Shown: piece after piece, positions 24,330-40,091 of the stretch
Position numbering within the stretch: position 1 is the first letter of the stretch
Layout: the number at the start of each line of letters is the position of its first letter
DNA from: Eledone cirrhosa
Lineage: Eukaryota
Assembly (NCBI GenBank): GCA_964016885.1
Contig: OZ024742.1
Span: forward strand, 266,228,001-266,292,000
DNA length: 64,000 nt
Reading direction: 5' to 3'
Translations under genes and position numbers: made by a program
The notes under the pieces: generated by a model
Told to the model about the DNA's origin: nothing
The model's database searches: none
The model's input: only the letters and a program-made list of their open reading frames with translations

Positions 24330-27235
24330 ACATTAAGGACAGCACATGACAGTACAAGACGGTACAAATGGGTGTTTCTGCGTGTAAATAAACAAAAAAT
24401 TATTTCTATGAAAAACAAAAACAAAGGATGTAACAAAAAAATGAAAACAAAGGAAAAATTGTGGGGAGACTTCCGAGAGTCACTCATGGAGAAAGCCCAC
24501 AAAAAGCCATGGTTACACTGACCACTAGGGCAAGTGCCCTCTTCCAGTTTTCCTGTGATACTACAGGCACACACTTAGGGCAGCATTTCCCTCTCCACCC
24601 TGATTAACGAGGACGTTACTGAATAGGAAAGTGTCCGTCTTCAACCTTTTAAGATGCATCCACCATACGACTTCTTTTACCATGGCCACCAGGCAGATAA
24701 AAACTGCCGGCCCTCCTGGCTAAAGGAGATCGGCGGAGCAATCTTCACAATGGACTCAGCTGATAGCTGGATCCGTTCTACTCGCAAAAGCAGATGTTCG
24801 GCATAAACACACTAGTCAGCGATGCTTAGATACTGGACGAGTGCATGCAGGATGTCTTGTCGCCCGATGCACATCTCGGACAGCCCGGCTGACGGCACTT
24901 CCATGCCTGTAAAGTTTATCTCAAACTGACAATGCAATCCGATAACACCGCCAAGCCAGGGACTTCTGGAAGTTATCCATTGGCCCCGGACAGAAAATCC
25001 TCCTGAAAAGAATAGCTAGTTGGCTTTCGTTGACACCCAGAGTTTCCCCGCCACTAACTCGTCTATAGAATTCCAAGATGGAGTTTCCACCGATCGCATC
25101 ACCCGACTGGTCGAGGACTGTGAGTACCTGAAGATATTCCTGTCTCCAAGCGCTTCCTCTCAGTCTTTACTTGACCCAGGACTGCAGCTCCGTCAAGGAG
25201 ACGAGCTGAGGAAAAACATGTCTAGCAAACGGCGACCACACCGGTTCACCAGGAAGGAAGAGGTAAAGATGCCATAGCCTGAGCACATCATCAGCCAAGG
25301 CATGCCCAGCCCTCCACATAGTGGTGTTGACAGCAAATGGATCACTTGGCCATTGGTGCGCATCCCTCCTACAACAAGTGAAAGAGCAAATGCTCCAGTG
25401 CAGTCAGGCGAGGCTTAGGACAAGGCACAATGGTCATGTGGTAGTAGATGACGGACGTGATATACGCGTTCACCACCTCCGTTCGACCTTTCTTGGGTAG
25501 CTTCCTGTCAGCCCATTTCTGGGTGAAAGAGGCCACTCTGCTCATCAACTTGTCCCAGTTTTTGTCTGTTTGGAGGTCCGGACCGAACCAGACCTCTGGC
25601 AATTTAACCAGTCCGTCTGTCCAGTGACTGACAACGCATTTGGATGGACCTGTCTCTCTCGGCGCTTTTCACCGACTTTTCCTGGTAAAAGGTGTTGAGC
25701 GCTTGGAGACATTCCAGTTTTTAAGCGCTATCTCTCGGTCTTTTCCAGACCCAGGACTGCAGCTCCATCAAGGAGACGAACTGGGGAACAATGCCTCTGG
25801 CAAATGACGACCACACCTGTTCACCGTTAAGGAAGCACCAGAGATGTCGCAGCCTCAACGCATGTTTGCTCATCATCAGCCACGGCATGCCCAGTCCTCC
25901 ACGCAATGGGTGCTGACAGCAGATGGATCCTCTGACCACGAGAGCACGTCCCTTCCACAAAAAGCAGAAAAGGAGACGCTCCATTTTGGTCAGAGTTGGG
26001 CTAGGGCAAGGCAGTAGCAGATGACAGATGCAATGTACACATTCGCCACCTCCGCCCGATCTTTCAGGGACGGCTTCCTCTCAGCCCATTTCTGGGTGAG
26101 AGAGGCCACCCCGCTCATCACTTCACTCTAGTTTTTCTCCGTCTGGAGGTCCGGACTGAACCAAACCCCAAGCAATTTAACTGGTCCTTCCGTCCAGCAC
26201 ACCATGACGCTGTCAGACGGCATGGACTTGCCTCTCCAATGACTTTTCCTGGTTTATCTTTGCTCCTGTCACCACTTCGTATTCCTTGAGAGCAGTGCCG
26301 AGCATCTGGACGTGACTGGTGCTCGACACCACCACGGTGACGTCGTCGGCGTAAGCTGATACAGATTTCCCACATCCCAATTCGCGTGGGACGCCCCTCA
26401 TTTCCTCCAATTTGTGCAGTGATGGCTCGAGGGCCAGTACGTACAAGAGGGAGAAGAGGGGACAACCCTGTCGGACCGAGCGCATGATGCTGAACGGCTG
26501 CGACAAGTGACCACTCACCCTCACAATCGAGCAGATTTCGCTATGCATCACAGCGATTCAACACTTGAGGCCCACCACAAGTTACCTATGGTCGACCCTA
26601 TCAAATGCTTTAGATTGATTCAAGTTGATCAGGGCTCCATCCGTGCCAGGTTCTTCAACCACCCTCTCTATGATGTATCGCATGAGGTGGAGGTTGTCGT
26701 CTGGACTGGTGCATGTCGGTGCCTCCCCCATCAGATCACTGATGACAAGCGCCAGTCTCGTTGCTTTTACCTTGGCCAAAATCTGGAACTCTGCTTTTAG
26801 CAGTGTTATGGTCCTGAAGTTGTCTATAACGTCCCCCTTGTTCGAGTCTTTTATCAGTAGTGCTACCTCTCCCCGGCTCACAAAACTGGGAATGCTCCTG
26901 TTTTGCTGCCAGTTACACTAAACATCTGCCAAGAGGTCACCAAACAAGTCTGGCATGTATGCATAAAGCTCATAGGCCAGATCATCCAAACCTGGCGATT
27001 TACACCTCGTACAGCCTGACATCGCTTTCTGTGTTTCACCGGTTGTTATCGGCTTTTCACAATACTGCGGTGTGGTCGTCAAGAGCCACGGCAGTCCATT
27101 GAGGTATGCACTGAAGTCCATACTCCAATCTGGCCCACTGCTGTTCCCAAACAGTTGAGCAAAGTTCTGCTGAAAAGCCTCACACATCTGCTCAGGTTCA
27201 AGCAACATGTTCCATTTTGGTCAGGCAAAGACCAC
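24330..27235 (-). mobile_element. Older Tx1-like LINE fragments (at least two overlapping ORF2 pieces)
   Basis: SPGLDDL, NQSKAFDRVDH, VRQGCPLF, YADD and CCQHPLRGGLGMPW. The segment 25170-25640 is represented again at 25720-26220. Confidence 0.85.
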
Positions 27236-27254
27236 CCAGGCCACCCAGGCCCAT

Positions 27255-27850
27255 TGGGAAGATCTTTAAACTTCTCGATAAACACTTCCCACCTAAACAC
27301 CGTTACCACAAAATCATCAATAGAAACACTGTTAAACTTTCGTACAGTATTACATCCAACTTTGCATAAAACATTGCTTCATCTAACAATAAAAAACTCC
27401 TCTCTAACATAAGAAACAACAACGATATTAGTGATGAGCAAATTAGGAGTTGCAACTGTCGTGTCCCCTTAAAAACAGATGCCGCGAACGAAACGTGGTC
27501 TACCAGTGCAACGTGAGGACGGAACACTCCAACAAGGCCTACATTGGATTACCAGCACTAACATTCATTTAGAAACCCAGCCTGGCAACACGCGACAGCA
27601 CTTTCTGGCCATATTTGGGACCTTCAAGACAATAATATTACTTATAATCTAATTTGGAGCCTACTTTCCAACGCAAAATCTTACTCGGGCGGACACCGTC
27701 TGTGTAATTTATGTTCAGAGGAAACGATCCAGATGCTGTTTGCAAAAGACCAATTGTTAAACAAAAAGGATGAACTCGTTACCTCGTGTAAACACAGAAT
27801 ATATAGGACATATCTTACCTTCAAACCCCCTCACGACCCACGTGGGTAGA
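27255..27850 (+). mobile_element. Penelope-like element remnant (GIY-YIG endonuclease end)
   Basis: Frame-broken [73 protein letters not shown]. Confidence 0.8.
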
Positions 27851-28281
27851 TCTCAGCTTTATTTCCTTCCCAATTACAAACAAAGATAGAGGAAACCCCA
27901 AGCATACTTTGGTAGAAATAGAATCTTTTATTTGTTATTTACACTTTCTACATTACACTTAGGTGGATCTTTGCATACTTACACTATTATAAACAGCTCC
28001 TAATCTTCCTTAAGTAAACCCGGAATATTTTCACTCTTGCTAAAATATACATACCTGCCCTATGGAACCGGACGAACAGTTAGCTATAACACCTTCCTCC
28101 GGGAAAATGCCTTCTCCATTCTGTCCGCCGGAGTTGTGGGGAGGCCAGCACATAGGACCCCATTTGTTCACCATACAGAGAGATGGGGAGGACGAGAGAG
28201 ATGGCAGCGATGACAGTGGGAGTTCAGCTCTTCCACGTTCGGGCCATATCCTTGTGGTTGTGTTCATTATCTATAGATAAC

Positions 28282-28357
<76 letters not shown>

Positions 28358-28419
28358 CACCAGCATGATTACCATCACAACTACTACCACCAACACCACT
28401 ACCACCACCACATCACCAA

Positions 28420-28466
<47 letters not shown>

Positions 28467-29172
28467 ACTAGACTAAGGGTGAATTTTTATGGGAGTTTGA
28501 ATATAAAAGAAAAAAGAAAAAACAAGTAAATTCGTGTATGAGGTGCAATTCCTAGATTTCTTCATCAGGAACTGAATTAGTAATAAAATATAAATGCTTG
28601 GCTTTTTAGCCAAGTGTTAGATTAGGCAAATTTAACTTCAGCACTCTATACTACCTTCTTTGATATTCTTTCAATCGTTTTTTTTTTTCTTATCCCTTTG
28701 AATTGAAGTTTACCGTTTCTATAGATTAAAGATAGTTGTATAGGATAAAATCTCTCTTAATGCCGTATGTGCAAGGCTGACTGGCTTAGCATCCTCAGGT
28801 CAGTCTACCTTCTTACTCCCTCCCCTTGAATTTCGGCCTGTTTAGCCCCCCACCCCCCACTATGAAGGTATTTAACTATATACACAACATCCCAGATCAC
28901 TGACCACTCCCTGTGAGAAACAAGAAAAGCAATATACTTTTAGGATTTTTTGCTTAGATGTTTTTGCTTTTTCTGCTTTGCCTGCATGCCCTTATATGGA
29001 CAGTACCCCTGATAAGTTCAGCTAGATTCCCGCCATTCTAATACTGGTGGCTTAGTTCGGATCTAGATGTCAAAATGGCTGGAGCTCAGCTGTCAGCTTC
29101 CTGACTCTTTTCCTATTACCCACTCTTATTCTGGTGTGTTATGGTCCACCTGGTATCTTACCACACCCTCTG

Positions 29173-31715
<2,543 letters not shown>

Positions 31716-32304
31716 TATATATATAATCCTGTAATTAAGCTAATAGAGTCATAGGAAAACATTAAAATTATAAGTATAAATTAAACTGAGAAACCAACCT
31801 CATACCAGATTGTTTCGCCATTTAAGTGGGTTCCAATTCGGCCCTGTGGGTCATCAGCATGTGGAGAGACTGATATTGTCCACACTACTAGAGAGAGAGA
31901 ACTAAAGTAAACTACCTGCAGCACGTGTAGATATAAGGGAAATACGTGCGCAAGGCAGTAACCGGTGGCATGAACAGAACAAGATGCTAGAGATGGCAGC
32001 CTATACTATTCAATTTATGATGCTCAACAGCAGAGAGAGCGCAAGGAGCAAATATCAAGTAAAATAACGGAGCAAAGGACTCGTGCTAGCATGGGAAGTT
32101 CTGTAATAACAGTTATTAAGGAGTTATGATGTCAGTATTTGGGAGCAAAGAATAATCCTGGATAAAGTAGATGTGATGGTGAGAATAGCTACTAAGGAGT
32201 GATAGAGCATAGAAGAGTTGGGAGACAACACACCGGAGTTGATGAAAGTACACTTTTCTGGAAGTGTATGTCAGCTATAATTTTTATTTCTTAAGAAAAA
32301 TCAA

Positions 32305-32511
32305 CCCTTTAGCATTTAAACCGGCTGTATCCAGCCAAAGTTCTCTCACCTGTTTCTGTTTAAATTGGCTGTAACTGGCCACTCATACCCACATTAAGGT
32401 ATTGTTTTCAAAATAAATAATATCAAAATCTCGTAGAAGTGATATTATGTCAGATAAAACCTTTACTGTGAAAATACAATATGGATATAAAACAATGTAA
32501 ATGATAAAGGG
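32305..32511. mobile_element. piggyBac-type MITE
   Basis: tcaa|CCCTTTAGCATTT...AAATGATAAAGGG|ttaa terminal inverted repeats. Confidence 0.6.
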
Positions 32512-32649
32512 TTAAAACATGCAAAAATTGTTTGATATTTCATCTGGGAGGAAATGCGGCTGGAGATGTGAAATTAAACTCCTATTCAAGTCCAACCCAA
32601 TCCAATCCAGAGCCTTCTCACTCCTGTTGGTCATGTCAGAGAAGTAGCC

Positions 32650-33450
32650 GAACTCACCACACTAGGCCAATTGCAGGTTGGTGAGAGGCTATTTAACCCA
32701 TAGTTGGGTGGATGGCCATTTACTCTGTGGAGTTCATGCACCCTTTTTGCAGACCTTGGCTGACACCCTCGCATCCTCAATCGAGAAGGCCCTTGACTCT
32801 AACCGAGCCAGTGATTGGGAGCGGCTCTTCTATTTCGCCCCACTTGCTCTCGACCTCCCCAACTCTGGTGCTGACCAAGACAGCCTGTCGATAGCAGCTT
32901 TTGTCAAGGCCAACATTTCATCCTTTGGGCAAGTGCCCATTCCAAGTGTGGCCAAAGACCACCACACCCTCTGCTGTCAGGTGTTCTCAATCCTCCATCT
33001 CTGAGACCAGCACAAAGCATTTATGCGACAACATAAACACCAAACTAATCGAGGATCATGTCTAGGCAGCAGTCACAGTGGTTGTATTGGAGGACACAGT
33101 TCTCCACCCCACCGAGGAAGTCCTGGCTGCTCTTCGGCTCAAGCATCCTGAGCCGCCCACATACCTTAGATCCATATTCCCACTTGATATTCACCTGTTA
33201 TGTGTGGCATCAGATGTAGTCATCGTGTCTGCCATTAATTCCTTCCCTGCTAGCAACAGTGGAGGTACTGATTGTCTCTGACCTGGCCTCCTCAAAGTGT
33301 TGCTATCTCCCTATCAGTCAAAAACAGGTGCTGCCTTCTGAGTGTGATTGTGGCACATATCAACAGGTTCATCCATGGCGCCTGAGGCCTCTTCTTTTCG
33401 GCCAGCCTGACTGTTCTCAGGAAGAAAGAGGGTGGCATATGCCCTTTAGA
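32650..33450 (+). mobile_element. CRE-like (RLE-type) non-LTR retrotransposon RT N-terminal remnant
   Basis: Broken frames: WERLFYFAPLAL, EVLAALRLKHP, SAINSFPASNSGGTDCL*P, LRPLLFG..L..KK.GG, resembling the CRE-clade pre-RT/RT0 region. Confidence 0.6.
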
Positions 33451-34194
33451 AGTACTTAAAATGATATTAACGAGAATGATAATATCTAGTATTGTTTGTA
33501 TTATGTATCAACAGAGGTCACCAATATAGCAGCAAGTAATAGTCTCCAGTTAATGTACCAACAATGTATTTGTTTGTTTGTAATTATAAAGGTATGGTTT
33601 GTTATATCAATAAATGTAAGTTGAATTTGCAGGTTGTTGTAAGTCTCATGTTCTGTAAAATATAACTCTGGAAAGAATCTTTCCATATCACATTTATAGA
33701 CAATGGCTGTGGTAAATAGCATCACAACACTTTAGCATGTTTTTACATAATTTATTAACAATGATGAGAAGAGCTGTATTAAGTTGGGCTGGCATGCCAA
33801 CATAAATAAACAAACAAAATTAAGGTTTAGAAGGTACGGTCAATTGGCTGAGGTGTTAACCAGGCCCGTAGTTATTGTTGTCGATACATATTAGAATGTG
33901 TTTGCGGAGCAAAAGAAGAATTGTATTTACTTTACCGCAGTTAACGCGCCAAAAGAATTAGTTTATTAAAAGAAGCGGGAATTTCTTGGTTTGAGCAGAA
34001 GTTGAAAATACATATCCGTGCACGGATCACGATTGGCTTAACTTAGCCAAATCACGTCCTGAAAGCGTATAAATGCGCCAAAGGAAAGTAGCCCCGGAAG
34101 GGTGATAAATAAGAAAAGATTGAATTCGCATTGATCGAGTAAGAAAACGTTGAAAAAAGAACATCAATGAAAAAAATGAACAAAAGAATGCATG

Positions 34195-34634
34195 TTTAGG
34201 AAATTGGTATCGGTGTACATGCAACATAATATAAAAGACAGTAAGTACCGGTGTGTGTGTGTGTGTGGTAATAAAGTGTTTACTTCATGGAAGTCAAAGG
34301 CATTAAATATAAGGATTTGTTACCCGATGGTCATAATACAAGGCTGAAGTTGGTAGAGACATCTTAGGCTCTCATCTCAGGCTGCAAGTTGCATTGAGCT
34401 TGGTAACGAAAGGGTCGTCAAGAAGGAATCACCACAAGCTAAGGTCGAAGGTGTTACCACTTCAGGAATCAGGAGGCGAGAGAGAGATTTCGTGGTAAAC
34501 CGCTCCTTTTATATCTGTTGACCGGAAGTGACCACCAGGGAGTCTGTCAATCCCAAAGGGAAGCAACTCCACCTACTTCCTGTCTAGAGAGCGGTGATGA
34601 GATTGTCATGGCAAGGGAGGCAACTCTTACTACA
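34195..34634 (-). repeat. Gypsy 3' LTR (440 bp)
   Basis: Matches 39661-40091 with ~8 substitutions and 2 small indels. Preceded on the minus strand by PPT TGGTGGGAGATAA (34635-34647). Confidence 0.95.
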
Positions 34635-35212
34635 TTATCTCCCACCAGATTTTTAAAACATAAAAATCGAAAGAAGCATGCATGGAGTAAGATGGCGAGC
34701 ATGTAAGAGGCATGAACACTATGGTACAGAGTAATGGAAGTAAGAGAAGAGGTCAAAAGTTCAAATATCTAAAATACAGTTAACATGTGTGCAGTCACAT
34801 GCCAGCAGTAAAGAATGTGTTCCAGAGAATGAATGCACTTGGTTTCTGGTCTGTGGTATAACATGAAATGTCCAACTTCCGAAGGGAATTTCTCACAGGC
34901 AGAGTGCTGCAGAAATAAATTGTCTGGCTTGTTCTGCTGGTTTTAGTTGTTGATGAAGCTGTGTTGTTGTCGTTGATGTTGTGAATGCGTTGACCTGGAA
35001 GGGTCAAGAGGCCAGCGACCAGAGAAATAAGCATTCTTAATAAATGCGCGGTTTTCAACGGTAAATTTATGTGGTAAATTTATAAACCGGCAAATAGAAG
35101 AATATAGCTTAAAATGTTCGTTGTAAAGGAAACGAAAAACATATATAAACATCCAGTGAAATGGTAATGAGAGGTACATTGCAATACAATAAATCAATAA
35201 ATAACAAGAACA

Positions 35213-35255
<43 letters not shown>

Positions 35256-35299
35256 CTCCAATGGCCAGTTCACATAAAAATAGTTTGGCAGAACTTTTT

Positions 35300-38200
35300 G
35301 GGCCAGTGGACTCTCCGACCGGAACGGGTCGTAGTCTTGTATGTAGGTGAAGGTGGAGCAGAAGGAGCAGGTGTATACACAAGAGAGAAAGATTGGGGTA
35401 TTTGTGGCTCGGTTGTATGAGCGTCATTGTGTGCCCTTTTCAGTCAATCCACCGAAATTGTCTCTCTGGACCCCTTAACGTCTACAGTGAAATGTTTGTC
35501 AGTGCGTGCTAACACACGGTAGGGTCCAGAGTATGGTTGTGTGAGGGGTGGTCTCACAACATCGTTCCTTACGAACACATGGGTCCACGAGGCAATGTCC
35601 CTCGGGACCGCAGGTTTTACAGTTTGCTTCCTCGTATCCATCGGCGGCAGGTCCTGTAAATAAGAACGCAGACGGGATATGTAGGAAAGCGGATCTTGGA
35701 AAGCAAGATCAACAGGGGCAAACATTTGCCCAGGCAACGCTAGAGGAGCACCGTAAATTAATTCGGCCGGGGAGAACCCAAGGTCCTCCTTTATTGATGA
35801 CCGAATTCCTAATAACACAATAGGAAGGTACTCGCTCCAACGTTGAGAGTCTGGATAGGCGCGAAGAGCGGCCTTTAATTGGCGGTGGAATCGTTCCACC
35901 ATTCCATTTGAATCAGGATGATAGGCTGTGGTCCGAATCCGTTGAGCTCCAATTATTTTGGTGAGCTCAGAGAAGAGATGGGACTCGAATTGTCTACCGC
36001 GGTCTGTGGTGAGTGTAGTTGGTACCCCAAAGCGGGTAATCCACCCTGATACCAGGGCACGTGCTACAGTCTCAGCAGTCATGTCTTGTAAAGGGATGGC
36101 TTCAGGCCATCGCGAAAAACGATCGACACACGTCAATATGTAGGAATATCCACTGCTGAATGGCCAAGGTCCAACGATGTCAATGTGGATGTGTTGGAAC
36201 CGAGCATCTGGAGTGGTGAAAGTACCCAGTGGAGTCCGGATGTGTCTATGGATCTTCGATTTCTGGCAAGCGATACAGGAACGGCACCAAGCAGCAATGT
36301 TGCGCCTCATATTTGGCCAGAAGAATCTGGCTGTTATGAATTTAACTGTGGCAGCAGATCCTGGATGAGAAATGTTGTGCAAAGCCAGGAACACAATTCG
36401 ACGGTGAGTCTCAGGAACAAGTGGTCGTGGTGCATCAGTGGATACATCACAAAGAATCTGCCTGTCGGTGGTGGACAAGGGCAGATATTTGAAAATGCAA
36501 GTCGCAAATTCAGTAGAAAGAGTGTCCAACGATTGGAGTGCAGGTTGGTCTGCAGCTAAACGACCTAAGTCGATATCCTGGGATGACGAGATGGAGCTAA
36601 TTGGCAAACGTGATAATGCGTCTGCAACTATGTTGTGCGAGCCGGCAATGTGCTGGATATCGTTTGTAAATTGTGAAACGTAGTCCAGGTGCCTTGTCTC
36701 TCTGGGCGAATATCTGTCGGCTTTGGCCCTCAATGCGAAGGTCAACGGTTTGTGGTCGGTAAAAACCGTAAAATTTCTCCCCTCAAGGATATGAGAGAAA
36801 TGTTTCATCGACAGATATATGGCTAATAATTCCCGCCCAAACGTGCTATAACGCGTTTCTGTTGGTTTCAACTTCCTCGAGAAAAATGCCAAAGGTTGTT
36901 GGTTTTCAGCGTAAGACTGCTGTAAAACTGCTCCCACAGCGGTATCAGATGCATCAACACAAAGCGAAAGCTTGGCCTCTGGTACCGGGTGGGCTAGCAA
37001 AGAAGAACTAGCGAGAGCTGTCTTGGCAGACCGGAAGTCCTGAAGCTGTCCTTGTGTCAAGGAAATGTCTTCATTCTTCTTACGACGATTTTTTTAAATG
37101 TCAGTAAGGGAAGATAGCCAATTAGCACAATGAGGAATGAAACGCCTATAGAAATTGATTAGGCCTAAGAAGTGACGCAACTGGTGAAGTGTAGTAGGCG
37201 GCGGTAACTCCTGTATGGCTTGAACTCGCTGAGGGAGCGGCCTAATACCTTCGGCGTCGATGAGGTGGCCTAAAAAATGTAGGGAAGTGGAACCGAAAAC
37301 ACACTTTGCAGGATTCACGCGAACGCGGTAATCCTGAAGTCGCCGAAGTAAGAGAAGCATATGGCGCATATGCTCTTCCGGAGAGGAACTAGCGACGAGA
37401 ATATCGTCGATGTAAGCATAGACGAAGTCCAGACCACGCGTGACCTCGTCTATGAACCGCTGAAAAGTGCTAGCGGCGTTCCTGAGTCCGAAAGGCATGG
37501 TCAAAAATTCGAATGATCCGAAAGGGGTTGTAATCGCAGTTTTCGGAATATCCTCCTTCCTGACCGGAATTTGGTGGTAGGCTCGCACTAAATCTAACTT
37601 AGAAAAAATCTTACACCCCTGCAGTGAAGATGCAAAATCGTGGAGATGGGGAATGGGATACCTATCCGGCACGGTCATGGCATTTAACCTCCTATAATCC
37701 CCCGTGGGTCTCCAGTCGCCGAAAGTCTTGGGTACCATGTGTAACGGTGAAGCCCAAGGACTCGTAGATGGGCGAATAATGCCCAACTGCAGCATATGGT
37801 CGAACTCGGACCGTGCTGCCTTTAATTTTTCCGTCGGTAAGCGGCGTGGACGCGAAAACACTGGAGCACCGGTGGTGGAAACGAAATGTTCGGTCGATTG
37901 TGCTGGGTCAGTGACTCGAAAATTTCCATCCGTGAGCTCCGGTAAGCGTCACCAGCGGCAGCGATAAAGAACACGGGGCTGACTATTGGGGCATTGGCTT
38001 CCTGGCCATGAATTGAAAAGCCGGTGATGTTATCCACCAGGCGTTGGCCACGGACGTCCACAGTTAAAGAGAAGTTGTGGAGGAAATCCGCTCCTAAGAT
38101 GGGATATGGCAAATCGGCAACCGTAAAAATCCACTTAAAATCCCTTCGAAGATTTAGGAATTTAAGAGGGAGCGAGATTTGCCTGTACGTCTTTATAGAC

Positions 38201-38400
38201 GAGTGGTTAACTGCCTGCAGCGTAACAGATGACTCTATGGGGGTATCTTTCAGGCAATGGACCGGCCAGATACTACAGGAGGCTCCTGTATCCACGAGGA
38301 AACCTCTTCCGGATATTAGGTCCTTAATGAAGAAATGGCGGTTTGGTGGCTTTATATTGAGGCCATCTGTTCCTATCAGAGGACCTCTTATACGTTTCCC
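35300..38400 (-). pseudogene. pol: Gypsy pol (protease, RT, RNase H, integrase) with ~2 frameshifts and a premature stop
   Basis: FLVDTGAS; [27 protein letters not shown]; [19 protein letters not shown]; HHCC zinc finger, [23 protein letters not shown]; GPY. Breaks at ~37940 and ~37090; stop at 35444-35446 (VD*LK). Confidence 0.95.
38359..38400 (-). promoter_or_regulatory. -1 programmed ribosomal frameshift signal (G GGA AAC + stem-loop)
   Basis: Heptamer at 38394-38400 is in gag phase; 6-nt spacer; hairpin GAGGUC-C-UCUG/CAGA-U-GGCCUC at 38359-38387. The -1 frame is open into FLVDTGAS. Confidence 0.85.
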
Positions 38401-39182
38401 GCCTTATGATAGGAGCAAGGTTGCACGCAGTGCTTCGCGTTCTCAGCAAATCGCTCGTGGTACCAGCATAGGGATGAAGCTGGTGATTTGGAACGCCGTC
38501 TGAAACTTTGCGATCTCCCGCGACTGCGGGAGCGCGAACAGCCACCACACAAGGCCTTCATCTTGTGGAGCTCCATGGTGAGCTCCTGAATGGACCTTTG
38601 CATCGCAATGATAGTCGAGCTGTCTGTTGGTGCTGCCGCGTAGATCGCATGGTCGTGTGTTGCCCGAGCTGGGTGTTGAACAGCGGCAAGGGGGTCGCTG
38701 TCTCCGGCATTCGTCACCTCGAAAATTTTGTCCGCAGATGAGGCAAGCTGCTCAACCGTGCTTGAATCCCTCATGGGGGCCAAAATTGCCTGTACGTTTG
38801 TCGGCAGGCGCGAAAAGAACAACTGCTTCAGCAGGACAGTTTCCGCTGCAGACCCCTCCGTTAGGTCCTTCATTCGCCTAAGGAGGTTCGATGGGGTGCC
38901 ATCCCCTATATGCTCCAGATGGACTAGAGCCCTAAATCTCTTCTCTGAAGACTGTTCTGTCCGGCTGAGTATTTCAGCCTTCAGAGACGTGTACGACGAG
39001 TCTGTCGTTGCCTCTAATACGAGGTCCTTAACCGCTGGGAGAATTGCCGGCGGAATTGCGCTGAGGACCACAGAATGTTGTAGTTCCTCGTCAACTCTGT
39101 TCGCCCTGAAGAAAGCTTCTAACTGCGAGAACCATAGCCTTACGTCGCCCGTGTACGTTGGCAGAACAGAGTGGGAAGCCAT
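38388..39182 (-). CDS. gag: Gypsy Gag (264 aa) with CHCC nucleocapsid motif
   Basis: Intact ORF: WFSQLEAFF, PSNLLRRMK, LFFSRLP; RSRSR tract; CWYHERFAENAKHCVQPC. Confidence 0.92.
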   Translation of the reverse strand: MASHSVLPTYTGDVRLWFSQLEAFFRANRVDEELQHSVVLSAIPPAILPAVKDLVLEATTDSSYTSLKAEILSRTEQSSEKRFRALVHLEHIGDGTPSNLLRRMKDLTEGSAAETVLLKQLFFSRLPTNVQAILAPMRDSSTVEQLASSADKIFEVTNAGDSDPLAAVQHPARATHDHAIYAAAPTDSSTIIAMQRSIQELTMELHKMKALCGGCSRSRSRGRSQSFRRRSKSPASSLCWYHERFAENAKHCVQPCSYHKAGNV

Positions 39183-39639
39183 CAGTATGCCGTAGGCAAT
39201 CTACCGTTTGGAAAAATGTCTCTAACGTAACAGAAAAGGAAAACTAAATTCTTTCGTCAGACCACTGGACCGGAAAAATAATGCATCCGGGACAATGTGC
39301 GAACAAGCGATTACTTGAATGCTGTTATACCACGTTAAGTGCGAGGAACCTAAAAACTAAAAAAAAAAATCCAACATGGCGGACTATTTCGCGCCAAAAA
39401 CACTATTGATGGAGAAGAGAGACTCCATCTTGTCATCCTCAGAAATTTTTTAGCCAGAGAAGCGAAAGGCAGAAAAGGAGAGAAAACAGAAGGCAAAAAC
39501 ATTTATACAATTGCGGTTTGTCTGTGTGTCAATAATTGTAGGTGTTCCTTTTGTATTAAATTGTTATATTTTTCTCTTTTTTTTTTTATATATCATATTA
39601 AATACACCGTATACCATTTCCCATTCTTTTTTTTTTTTT

Positions 39640-39659
39640 AAATCACGTCGGGGTCACCA
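39640..39659 (-). promoter_or_regulatory. Primer binding site complementary to tRNA-Trp
   Basis: TGGTGACCCCGACGTGATTT is the reverse complement of the animal tRNA-Trp 3' end (AAATCACGTCGGGGTCACCA). Confidence 0.9.
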
Positions 39660-39660
39660 C

Positions 39661-40091
39661 TTTAGGAAATTGGTATCGGTGTACATACAACTTAATATAA
39701 AAGACAGTAAATACCGGTGTGTGTGTGGTAATAAAGTTTTTACTTCATGGAAGTCAAAGGCATTAAATATAAGGATTTGTTACCCGATGGTCATAATACA
39801 AGGCTGAAGTTGGTATAGACATCTTAGGCTCTCATCTCAGGCTGCAAGTTGCATTGAGCTTGGTAACGAAAGGGTCGTCAAGAAGGAATCACAAGCTAAG
39901 GTCGAAGGTGTTACCACTTCAGGAATCAGGAGGTGAGAGAGAGATTTCGTGGTAAACCGCTCCTTTTATATCTGTTGACCGGAAGTGACCACCAGGGAGT
40001 CTGTCAATCCCAAAGGGAAGCAACTCCACCTACTTCCTGTCTAGAGAGCGGTGATGAGAGTGTCATGGCAAGGGAGGCAACTCTTACTACA
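39661..40091 (-). repeat. Gypsy 5' LTR (431 bp)
   Basis: Starts TGTAGTAAG, ends TTTCCTAAA, 1 nt before the PBS. Confidence 0.95.

Larger units (their letters stand above)
34195..40091 (-). mobile_element. Ty3/Gypsy LTR retrotransposon, CsRN1/Kabuki-like clade, full-length but mutated
   Basis: Paired LTRs, CATG TSD (34191-34194, 40092-40095), tRNA-Trp PBS, PPT, gag-PR-RT-RH-IN order. Confidence 0.96.

Noticed and set aside
28540-28580. CTGATGA-A-GAAA on the minus strand near the Penelope remnant
   Set aside because: No stem II and unconvincing stems I/III; at best a deleted relic.
39640-39659. tRNA-Trp-like sequence as a tRNA gene
   Set aside because: Only the 3' 20 nt including CCA are present, adjacent to an LTR: a PBS.
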